Virus record (IMG/VR): IMGVR_UViG_3300046777_001715
Coordinates: 1-64,000 of that record
Direction: 5' to 3' (one strand)
DNA from: a virus
Length of the DNA: 64,000 bases
Shown: positions 35,520-43,704 of the stretch, piece by piece
Layout: each line of letters starts with the position of its first letter
Position numbering within the stretch: the stretch's first letter is position 1
Notes under the pieces: model-generated
Seen by the model: the letters and a program-made list of their open reading frames with translations, nothing else
What the model was told of the DNA's origin: nothing
Database searches by the model: none
Made by a program: the position numbers and the translations under genes

Positions 35520-36064
35520 TTTATTTTTTATTTGATGTAGAGGACAACGCCTCTTATATAGAGGAGGTTGGATCATGGGGCAATGTAATGGTTGGAGCGG
35601 TAGATGAAAGTCTACTTTTGTATATAAACCTTCCATCTATTACAGTCGTGCCAAAAGATGTGGCGTATGCCTGGAAATTTGCTGGCAAATACAAAGGCTC
35701 TATTAGCGTAAGAGAGAATACAGTCCCTTATAATCAAATAGACAAATCATTGCTTGAGCCATACAAAGATAAGTTTAAGTATACCTTGTCTGATTTAGAT
35801 AAAGAAAATAGTTGCCTCTTTCATAAAGCCATAATGCATTTTCTTTTAAATAAATATTATGCCAATAAAATTTTAATTTCAAACTCTACACCCGTTGAGC
35901 TAAGGAATGACAAGTGGGAGTCTGAGGTAGAGCTAATAATTAAGAAAAATAAAATAATTGCAGAGATAGAGTCTTGTCAAGATTGGCAAGAAACTGGTAT
36001 ACTAATATCTGATAGATTTGGAGTTGGGCATAATCCTGACGCCGTAGCCAAAATAGATTTGTAG
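35516..36064 (+). CDS. hypothetical protein
   Basis: GTGA overlap. Confidence 0.7.
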   Translation: MIYFLFDVEDNASYIEEVGSWGNVMVGAVDESLLLYINLPSITVVPKDVAYAWKFAGKYKGSISVRENTVPYNQIDKSLLEPYKDKFKYTLSDLDKENSCLFHKAIMHFLLNKYYANKILISNSTPVELRNDKWESEVELIIKKNKIIAEIESCQDWQETGILISDRFGVGHNPDAVAKIDL

Positions 36065-36068
36065 GAAA

Positions 36069-37733
36069 ATGTTTAGTGTACCATTAAACCCAAAGTTAAA
36101 TGAAAAGCAAACAATTGAGTTTATCCAGTTCCTAAAGGAATATAGTAAATACATTTATGATTTTTATTTTACTTGCAGAATCCCCCCATTTACACAAGAT
36201 GCCATGGGCGACATTTTTGAGGGCAAAGAAGAAGACTATTCTTATTTAATTAATCTAGCTCTCCACATTCAGGCTGAGACTGGAATTACAGCATCAGCAG
36301 TATTTAACAATACAGAGGTAAGGCCATCACAACAAAACCTAGATTTGTTTATTGAAAGTTTTGCACCACTCTATGATTTAGGAATTAGATCTGCAACAAT
36401 ACCACATACTCATTGGATGGCTACTGGACAGATAAAAAAAGCTTTTCCAGAATTGTTTGTTAAAAACACAATCCTTAGAAATGTTTCAGAACCTAGAGAC
36501 ATAGAGAAGCTGGCTAAGGCTGGCTTTGATTATATAAATTTAGACCGTGATCTAATGAGGGACCACGAAAAGCTAAAAAGATTTAAGAAAGCCAAGCAAC
36601 AATTTGGGGTAAAGCTATCTTTGTTGGCAAATGAAGGCTGCTATGGCGGCTGTATAATGATGGACGAACACTATCAGTTTAACAATACCCGTACAGATGG
36701 GCCTCAATATTTTAATGATCCTATAAGCAGAGTGTCCTGCCCAAAATGGGATCATGAAGATTTTGCGGTATCATTAAAAACAGCCAATTTCCCACCATGG
36801 CGTGAAGACTGGCAAGAGTTTTTAGACGACCTTGGAATTGATGTTATTAAGATGCATGGGCGGGAATCCCATACAAGGCTAAAAGAAACCATGGATATAA
36901 TCAGGAGGTATGCCAACAATGAAGAAATTCTATTTGACAGCTTTAATGATTTTATTGAAGAAACTAATATGGTTGACAAACCGATTACCATCTGGCGTAA
37001 TAAGATCAAAAATTGTAAATTTGATTGCTGGGATTGTGGCTATTGTGACAAAATAATGGCTGCCAAATATGGCAACCACATAAATCCAAAAGTTGCTATG
37101 GTGGCAAAAGAATTAGTTGATTCTGTAAATAGCCCAATTGAAATTAATATTCCAGGTCTTACTTCTACTAGGGTTCAATCCCTTATAAATGGTTTAGCAA
37201 AGAACTCTTCTAGGTACCTTGAGATTGGGTCTTATCAGGGTGCTACAGCGTCTGCCGCTTTAATGGGTAATAGATTGGATGCGTACTTTGTAGACATGTG
37301 GCAGGAAGCTCCACAGGCCGTTAGAGAAGGGTGGGAAACTCCTACAACAAATACCTTGCAAGAATTTAAAAACAATATAGCTCCATACAAGGGTAACAAT
37401 AAGGTATTTATATCTAACTCAGATATGTTTAAAGTTAATTTATCAAAGATCTCAGATATTGATTTATTCTTTTATGATGGCCCACATGATTTTGAATCAA
37501 CAAAAGATGCGGTTAGATATTACTCTACAACCTTTGCAGATCAATCTATTTTAATATTTGATGATGCAAATTGGACGGAAGTGGTTCAGGGTGCACACAA
37601 AGGCATAATTGAATCTGGGCTAAAAATATTGTATAGTAAGAAGATACTGAATTCCTTAGAGTCGGAAAAAGACTGGTGGAACGGTATTTATATAGTTGTA
37701 GTAGAAAAGGAAAATAATGGAAATCACAACTAG
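36069..37733 (+). CDS. peptidase U32-family Fe-S protein fused to class I SAM methyltransferase (Methyltransf_24-like)
   Basis: LDRDL.R, NEGC.GGC, K..GR, CxxxCxxCxxC; then LEIGS.QG, YDG.H, IFDD.NW. Confidence 0.8.
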   Translation: MFSVPLNPKLNEKQTIEFIQFLKEYSKYIYDFYFTCRIPPFTQDAMGDIFEGKEEDYSYLINLALHIQAETGITASAVFNNTEVRPSQQNLDLFIESFAPLYDLGIRSATIPHTHWMATGQIKKAFPELFVKNTILRNVSEPRDIEKLAKAGFDYINLDRDLMRDHEKLKRFKKAKQQFGVKLSLLANEGCYGGCIMMDEHYQFNNTRTDGPQYFNDPISRVSCPKWDHEDFAVSLKTANFPPWREDWQEFLDDLGIDVIKMHGRESHTRLKETMDIIRRYANNEEILFDSFNDFIEETNMVDKPITIWRNKIKNCKFDCWDCGYCDKIMAAKYGNHINPKVAMVAKELVDSVNSPIEINIPGLTSTRVQSLINGLAKNSSRYLEIGSYQGATASAALMGNRLDAYFVDMWQEAPQAVREGWETPTTNTLQEFKNNIAPYKGNNKVFISNSDMFKVNLSKISDIDLFFYDGPHDFESTKDAVRYYSTTFADQSILIFDDANWTEVVQGAHKGIIESGLKILYSKKILNSLESEKDWWNGIYIVVVEKENNGNHN

Positions 37734-38634
37734 TTTGATTACAGATAATCAACAGTACTTGTTGCTTTTGGCAACGGTTATGGGGTTGTCTTTTTGGGCA
37801 AAAAAGACTCAGGTATTTTTGCCAGTTTATAAGTTCATTGCTGATAGAGTAAAGTCAAAAAGAGCAGTCGTTGCACTAATCTCTTTGATCTCAGGAGTTC
37901 TTCCAGTTAATGGTAGAGCATCAATTTCTGCAGGAGCCCTAGATACAGTTGCTCCAAACAATGAAAAAAGAAAAGTTTTTGGAATTATTGATTACCTTTC
38001 AACGCACCACTATTATTTCTGGTCTCCACTAGAGGCTACAGTTTTGGTTCCAATGGCGGCATTAAGCATTTCTTATGCAGAATTTATGGGACGCATTTGG
38101 CCATTGTTAGTAACAGCCCTAATTATAATTTTGTATTATATCTTTAAGGTTGTAAAAGAAGACGAAGTTGAGATTAACATTAACAAGTCGCTAACCCCAA
38201 CAACATGGAAAGAAGATAGAAAGCAGATTAGGTCATATGCAACCACCCTTCTTTTTGTTGGTTTGGTGATTATTCTTAGCAACATCGTAAAGGCAAATTT
38301 TGATCAAATTAATGCATGGGTAAATTCAGCACATGATGAAGGTCTTTTGGTTCTAGTAGCTTTGGCTGGATTCCTTGCCAGCTTTGCTTTGGGAAGTAGC
38401 GGAAAGTTTGCTGGCTTTACTTCTCTGTCTGCAACGGTTTATGGGGTAGAGTACCTACCTCTGTTCTTTGCAATAGACTATGCTGGCTACATGTTGGCCC
38501 CAACTCACAAATGCCTAATTATTACAAAGTCCTATTTTGATACCCCAATCAAGAAGCACTACAAAGCAGTCTTCGCCCTAGTGGTGCCGATTGTCCTTGT
38601 GGGAATTTTGACCTATTTAACAATAGACAGCTAG
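37717..38634 (+). CDS. multi-pass permease, ion transporter (ArsB/NhaD/CitM) superfamily
   Basis: About 9-10 TM helices; SGVLP..GR; HHYYFWSPLE; GYML.P.HKC. Confidence 0.75.
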   Translation: MEITTSLITDNQQYLLLLATVMGLSFWAKKTQVFLPVYKFIADRVKSKRAVVALISLISGVLPVNGRASISAGALDTVAPNNEKRKVFGIIDYLSTHHYYFWSPLEATVLVPMAALSISYAEFMGRIWPLLVTALIIILYYIFKVVKEDEVEININKSLTPTTWKEDRKQIRSYATTLLFVGLVIILSNIVKANFDQINAWVNSAHDEGLLVLVALAGFLASFALGSSGKFAGFTSLSATVYGVEYLPLFFAIDYAGYMLAPTHKCLIITKSYFDTPIKKHYKAVFALVVPIVLVGILTYLTIDS

Positions 38635-38646
38635 TAATTCTAGTCA

Positions 38647-38681
38647 ATACCCCAGTGGCTTCAAGAAGGTCACTGGGGTAT
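38647..38681 (+). terminator. hairpin terminator
   Basis: ATACCCCAGTG...CACTGGGGTAT. Confidence 0.65.
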
Positions 38682-38756
38682 AATTAAGAGTGTTATAGGC
38701 AGGGCGGAATCCTAAACAATAAAACGATTATGCTATAATTTATACAGGAGAAAAAT

Positions 38757-39089
38757 ATGCCTAGTTATGACAGTTTATCAAGCCAGATCACTACTTTTAA
38801 AGCTAAAGTAGATGCTCTAAGCAGCAGCACCCTTACTGCACAAGAGATTGTATTCCTTGCAAAAGCACTAGAATCAATGGGTAATCTATTAGGGGTAAAT
38901 GATATCGTTGCTGCAACTTCAGCTAGCATCAATTCAATTCAAACATCAGGATCTGGACAGGTAACAACAGTTCAGACAGCTGGTGCAACTCAAATTGCTG
39001 CTGTTAACACAGCAGGAACACAAAACATTGCTAACTTGGAAGGCCAAATTAGCAATTATACTTTATACACAAACATGGGAGTGATTTAA
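38757..39089 (+). CDS. virion structural protein (paralogue of 32291 N-terminus)
   Basis: MPSYDSLSSQITTFKAKVDAL vs MPNYSTLSDQINVFKDKVDAL. Confidence 0.75.
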   Translation: MPSYDSLSSQITTFKAKVDALSSSTLTAQEIVFLAKALESMGNLLGVNDIVAATSASINSIQTSGSGQVTTVQTAGATQIAAVNTAGTQNIANLEGQISNYTLYTNMGVI

Positions 39090-39090
39090 T

Positions 39091-39408
39091 ATGGCAGTAG
39101 TAAGCTTACCAGCTCGTTTCGCAGCAGGAACAGCAACAACATCAGAAGTCACAGTACTAACAGTTCCTGGTGGAGAGACAGATATCGTTACTTCAGTAAC
39201 ATTTGACAACATCACAGATGTTGCAAATCAGGTTACATTGAAGATGGCAGGCGTAAACTTTGCCAAGAACCTTGATCTCGCACCAAGATCTCTAGTTGTA
39301 CTAGATTTCAAGCAAGTTTTAAACACAGCAGAGACAATTACAGTACAGGCATCAGTTAATAACGGTGTCACATACTTTATCTCTGGTGTAAAAGTCACAA
39401 GTATTTAA
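39091..39408 (+). CDS. small virion beta-sandwich protein
   Basis: Similar to 43324; ISGV end. Confidence 0.7.
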   Translation: MAVVSLPARFAAGTATTSEVTVLTVPGGETDIVTSVTFDNITDVANQVTLKMAGVNFAKNLDLAPRSLVVLDFKQVLNTAETITVQASVNNGVTYFISGVKVTSI

Positions 39409-39425
39409 TTAAAGGAGTTTAACAA

Positions 39426-40394
39426 ATGGCTGTAGCAAATTCAACTACACAAATCATAATGCCAGGTTTAGATGCGGCAATTCAGACAAATCTAAACACA
39501 GCGCTTAATAGCAATACTACACTTCAGAGCGTTTTGGCTTCTGTAGGAAATATTCCACTAAAGGTAGTTAAGCCAGTTACAGTTAAGTTGAACACAACAC
39601 AGTACTGGGTAAGACCAGCTGACACACTTTCTTCAGTAGAAGTTATTCTTGTTGGCGGCGGTGGCGGAGGCGGTCAAGGCCACTCATCAAGTCACGCAGG
39701 TGGCGGAGGTGGCGGAGGCCAAGTAGTTAGAAGAAATGTTGATATTGCATCAGTTGCTACAGGGCAAGGAATTCTTGTAACTATTGGTGCTGGTGGAGAT
39801 GCTCGCTCAGGAAGCGGAAATACTAATGGCGGAAATGGTGGACAATCAACTTTCGGTACATTGCTAACTGCAGGCGGTGGTGGTGGCGGTGGAGCTTATG
39901 GACAACACTCACCACAATCAGTTGGTTCAACTGGTGGCGGAGGTTCACGTAGTGCTCACTCAGGAGCAGGCGGTGGCGGTGGCGCAGGTGGCGCAGGTGG
40001 ACATGCATTCTGCTCACACAATCATTACAACTGGTATATTCGTGCAGGACACTCTTCACACTCTCCAACTGGAGATGAAGGTGCATCAGCTGGTGGACAA
40101 GGGCAGTCAGCAGACAGCTCTTCCGATCAAGGTTGCTGCGGTGGCGATGGAGGTCCAGGACTTTACGGCTTCGGCGGAGGCGGAGGTGGCGCAGGCTATC
40201 ATGGCCCAGGAAATGGAGCTAACGGTGGAGGAAATGGCGGTAACGCTACAAACTATGGCGGAATTGGATGTAACGGAGCTCAGGGAATTGACGGCACAGG
40301 CGGTGGCGGTGGTGGAGCAGACAATGGCTGTACATCAGGACGTGGTGGAAATGGAACATGCGTTATTACATATTGGCTAAAGGAGACAGCATAA
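39426..40394 (+). CDS. glycine-rich fibre/receptor-binding protein
   Basis: VEVILVGGGGGGG...G.G.C.ITY. Confidence 0.8.
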   Translation: MAVANSTTQIIMPGLDAAIQTNLNTALNSNTTLQSVLASVGNIPLKVVKPVTVKLNTTQYWVRPADTLSSVEVILVGGGGGGGQGHSSSHAGGGGGGGQVVRRNVDIASVATGQGILVTIGAGGDARSGSGNTNGGNGGQSTFGTLLTAGGGGGGGAYGQHSPQSVGSTGGGGSRSAHSGAGGGGGAGGAGGHAFCSHNHYNWYIRAGHSSHSPTGDEGASAGGQGQSADSSSDQGCCGGDGGPGLYGFGGGGGGAGYHGPGNGANGGGNGGNATNYGGIGCNGAQGIDGTGGGGGGADNGCTSGRGGNGTCVITYWLKETA

Positions 40395-40750
40395 TGACAC
40401 AAAGAAGAGTTGCACTTGTAAAAGATTCTATTGTTGAAAATATCCTCATTATTGATGAGGAAAATATGGAATCATTAAAGGCAGACATCGAATCACAATT
40501 TGGTGGGGAGTTAATTGACTCAACAGATTGGGTAGATGAAGATACTGAAACTCCAACACTACAGGTAGGTATAGGATTTTCTTATGTTGGTGGAAAATTT
40601 GTAAAGCCAGAGCCAACACCAAACACAATTACAGCAGAAGATATTGAAAGATCATTGGCAAAGTTTGCAGCAGACGTTGCAAGGGGAGAGAATCCAGATC
40701 TAAACTCATTGCCAGAAGGGGCAACAGGCCCACAGGAGGAAAATAACTAA
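40394..40750 (+). CDS. fibre chaperone-like protein
   Basis: ALVKD.IVEN...IG..Y..G.F..P; TAATG start. Confidence 0.65.
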   Translation: MTQRRVALVKDSIVENILIIDEENMESLKADIESQFGGELIDSTDWVDEDTETPTLQVGIGFSYVGGKFVKPEPTPNTITAEDIERSLAKFAADVARGENPDLNSLPEGATGPQEENN

Positions 40751-41187
40751 TGCCAATTACATCGATACCAGAGTCCATTGCCCCAGCGCTTTGGACATAC
40801 ACATACGTACAGGCACCAATTGATGGTCAGGGAAATACCTATTTCAACATTCCATCAGCAGTAGAATCAAAAGGAAACATTGCTGCAAATGGAACAGCTA
40901 CATGCAATATTGCAGCGTTTAACGTTTTTGCATTTACAGTTCTAGGTAATGCAACAGTAGCTTTTTCAAATATTCCATCAACTGGCAAAGCAGCATTTTG
41001 GCAAGTTGAAATTAAAGCTGGAGGATCATACTCAATTACATGGCCAGCAGCAATAAAGTGGGATGGTGGTGGAGCTTCTAACGTAGCACCACTTCTTTCA
41101 ACAAATACAACAGTACTTAATTTTTACACAAGAGACGGTGGAAACACGATTTACGGATCATACGCTTTCGCTGATCTAAACGTATAG
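40750..41187 (+). CDS. virion structural protein
   Basis: TWPAAIKW.GG..P.L; paralogue of 32962. Confidence 0.7.
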   Translation: MPITSIPESIAPALWTYTYVQAPIDGQGNTYFNIPSAVESKGNIAANGTATCNIAAFNVFAFTVLGNATVAFSNIPSTGKAAFWQVEIKAGGSYSITWPAAIKWDGGGASNVAPLLSTNTTVLNFYTRDGGNTIYGSYAFADLNV

Positions 41188-41200
41188 GAGAAAAAAATAA

Positions 41201-42181
41201 ATGGCAGTCAATTCCACCACTAAGTTAACAGTTCTACCAGGTCTAGATACAACCATGCAGACAAACATGCAGGTTGCTTTAAACTCAAATGCTACATTGG
41301 CATCAGTTATTTCTGCAACTGGTGGAGTTTCGACAAAGCTACTTAAGCCAGTAACTGTAAAGTTTAACTCTACAGGAAACTGGACTCGTCCAGCAAATAC
41401 AATGTCTTCAGTTGAAGTTATTCTTGTCGGCGGTGGCGGAGGAGGCGGAGGCTGCCATGCTTCAGGTCACTCAGGCGGTGGCGGAGGAGGCGGACAGGTT
41501 ATCCGACGCTTTGTTGATATCTCAGCAACTGCTCCAGGACAGAACATCCTTGTCACAATCGGTGGCGGAGGAACAAACGTTTCTGGAAACTCAAATACAA
41601 ATGGCGGAAATGGCGCAAACTCAACATTTGGCACATATCTAACTGCAGGCGGTGGTGGTGGCGGTGGAGCTTATGGACAGGTTGGTGCACAAGGCACAGG
41701 AGGCTCATCTGGTGGTGGAGGATCTCGTGGAGACCACGCAGCAGGCGGTGGCGGTGGCGGAGCAGCCCAGACAGGCCAAAGAGGTTATTGCTTTATGAAT
41801 CATGCTTATTGGTATGTAAGACCAGGATATGGATCTTATACACCAACTGGTGCAAACGGTGGAGATGGTGCATCTTCTGGAGGAACTGGAATGGAATCTG
41901 GTTCTTCTTCAGATCAAAATTGCTGTGGCGGAAATGGCGGATACGGTCTTTACGGCTTCGGCGGAGGCGGCGGAGGCGGCGGAGACTACGGAGTTGGTTC
42001 AGGTTCTAACGGTGGTGGAAACGGTGGATCTCGTGTATCTTACTCACCTTATGGAAGAAGCGCTTCTCCAGGAATTAACGGTACAGGCGGTGGCGGAGGC
42101 GGTTGTTCAGACGGCGCTACTTCTGGCGTAGGTGGATCTGGAACCTGCTTAATCACATACTATATAAAAGAGAGCTCATAA
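41201..42181 (+). CDS. glycine-rich fibre/receptor-binding protein (paralogue of 39426)
   Basis: Colinear similarity, shared 41-nt identity. Confidence 0.8.
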   Translation: MAVNSTTKLTVLPGLDTTMQTNMQVALNSNATLASVISATGGVSTKLLKPVTVKFNSTGNWTRPANTMSSVEVILVGGGGGGGGCHASGHSGGGGGGGQVIRRFVDISATAPGQNILVTIGGGGTNVSGNSNTNGGNGANSTFGTYLTAGGGGGGGAYGQVGAQGTGGSSGGGGSRGDHAAGGGGGGAAQTGQRGYCFMNHAYWYVRPGYGSYTPTGANGGDGASSGGTGMESGSSSDQNCCGGNGGYGLYGFGGGGGGGGDYGVGSGSNGGGNGGSRVSYSPYGRSASPGINGTGGGGGGCSDGATSGVGGSGTCLITYYIKESS

Positions 42182-42182
42182 C

Positions 42183-42587
42183 ATGTACGCCGTAGTAAAA
42201 GACAATAAGGTTGTCGCATACGGCACAGTAGAACAGATACTTAATGTTTCTATTGGTGAGGCTGGGATTAAGGACGTAATCAAGGACAACGATCTAGTTG
42301 AGGTTGTAACCACAATTAAGTATGATTCTAACACAGAAAGATTGCTTTCAGTAGAGCCATATGTAGATGGAAAGAAAGTGTATTCTGTTAAAAAAGAAAA
42401 GCTTTCTCAAGAAGACATTAAGGCAAATATTGAAGCCCACGTAAATTTTGAACTTCTTTCAATGGAGGGCAGAAAAGACAAGGCAGCCAAGGACTATATA
42501 AAGGCGCTTGAATCTATTAAAAAGTCAGCAGAGACAATCTCAGAGATTGAATGGCCAAACAAGCCATTGGAGGAATCAGCAGAATAA
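42183..42587 (+). CDS. fibre chaperone-like protein
   Basis: I.WP.KP end motif. Confidence 0.6.
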   Translation: MYAVVKDNKVVAYGTVEQILNVSIGEAGIKDVIKDNDLVEVVTTIKYDSNTERLLSVEPYVDGKKVYSVKKEKLSQEDIKANIEAHVNFELLSMEGRKDKAAKDYIKALESIKKSAETISEIEWPNKPLEESAE

Positions 42588-43315
42588 TGTTAGGTAATCA
42601 AAGATCTGTTTTTAGAAGAAATCGTTTTACACAAAGAGGACTACAGCTTTGGGTAGATGCAGCATTGCCAGGAACAGTTACAAGAGACGGTTCTAATAAA
42701 GTTTCTGTTTGGAGAGATAAGACTCTTAACGCTAGAAACTTTTCTCAACCTACAGCAGCTCAGCAGCCAACATATCTTCCTACTGGAATTAATGGTTTGG
42801 GAGCAGTTTACTTTGATGGAGCTGCATTTAATATGCCATTCTCAGACCAGGCCATGCCTTACATTGCAAACAGCTCATTTACAATTGCATATGTTGCAAC
42901 AAAAACAGCTGGAACAGCAAACCAATACGTAATTGGTGGACAAGGAACTGGAACAAGAAACAACCTTATTATGGGATATGTTTCAGCTAACACATATAAG
43001 TTTGGTCTAGGAAATGATGATCAGAACGCAATTGTTAACGTTGTTAATGCAGGTGTTCCAGAACTTTATCTAGTAACATTTGACTCAACAACATTTGAAA
43101 GAAGAATTAGAAGAAATACAGCAGACGAAGGTCTTGGAGCAGCATCTGGAGCACTTTCAGGAATGTCTGGACAAGCACTTGGAAAGTATCTATCATCATT
43201 TGGAAACTTTGCACTAGGAGAACTTTTAATTTATAACAGAGTGTTGACTGCATCTGAAATTTCAGGCGTTGAGCGTGACATGATGTCAAAGTGGTCAATT
43301 TCTTACGGTAGCTAG
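42587..43315 (+). CDS. LamG/concanavalin A-like virion protein
   Basis: L.LWVDA...VS.W.DK; GEL.IYNRVL. Confidence 0.75.
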   Translation: MLGNQRSVFRRNRFTQRGLQLWVDAALPGTVTRDGSNKVSVWRDKTLNARNFSQPTAAQQPTYLPTGINGLGAVYFDGAAFNMPFSDQAMPYIANSSFTIAYVATKTAGTANQYVIGGQGTGTRNNLIMGYVSANTYKFGLGNDDQNAIVNVVNAGVPELYLVTFDSTTFERRIRRNTADEGLGAASGALSGMSGQALGKYLSSFGNFALGELLIYNRVLTASEISGVERDMMSKWSISYGS

Positions 43316-43323
43316 GAGGGGCA

Positions 43324-43680
43324 ATGACAGTATCATATGAGTACTATTCTCCACAAAGATTTGGAGATCCTACTACACTTACAACAACCCCAGTAAATAT
43401 TTATACATTTGATGAAAAATCAATTATTAAGCAGCTACTTGTTTCAAATATTTTTAATGGCTTGCTAACGTTTTCTTTATATCTTGTACCTTCTGGCCAA
43501 GTTCTAAAAGAGCAGTACAAGCTTTTTGGAGATGTGCAGGTTGATGCAAATACAGTTTTAACAATTGACCTTAATCAGGTTGTATATGATGGTGAGGCTT
43601 TATATGCTCACGCAAATGTTGCTAATGGTCTAAACATGATTATTTCTGGAGTGGAAATATTTAATCCAGTTGAGTTATAA
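43324..43680 (+). CDS. small virion beta-sandwich protein
   Basis: ISGVE end; GGAGG RBS. Confidence 0.7.
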   Translation: MTVSYEYYSPQRFGDPTTLTTTPVNIYTFDEKSIIKQLLVSNIFNGLLTFSLYLVPSGQVLKEQYKLFGDVQVDANTVLTIDLNQVVYDGEALYAHANVANGLNMIISGVEIFNPVEL

Positions 43681-43704
43681 ACTAGGGTTAAATGGTGAAT
43701 ACCC

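Noticed and set aside
39426-42181. Diversity-generating retroelement TR/VR pair
   Set aside because: Both copies are full coding paralogues, differences are not adenine-specific, and no reverse transcriptase is in the window.
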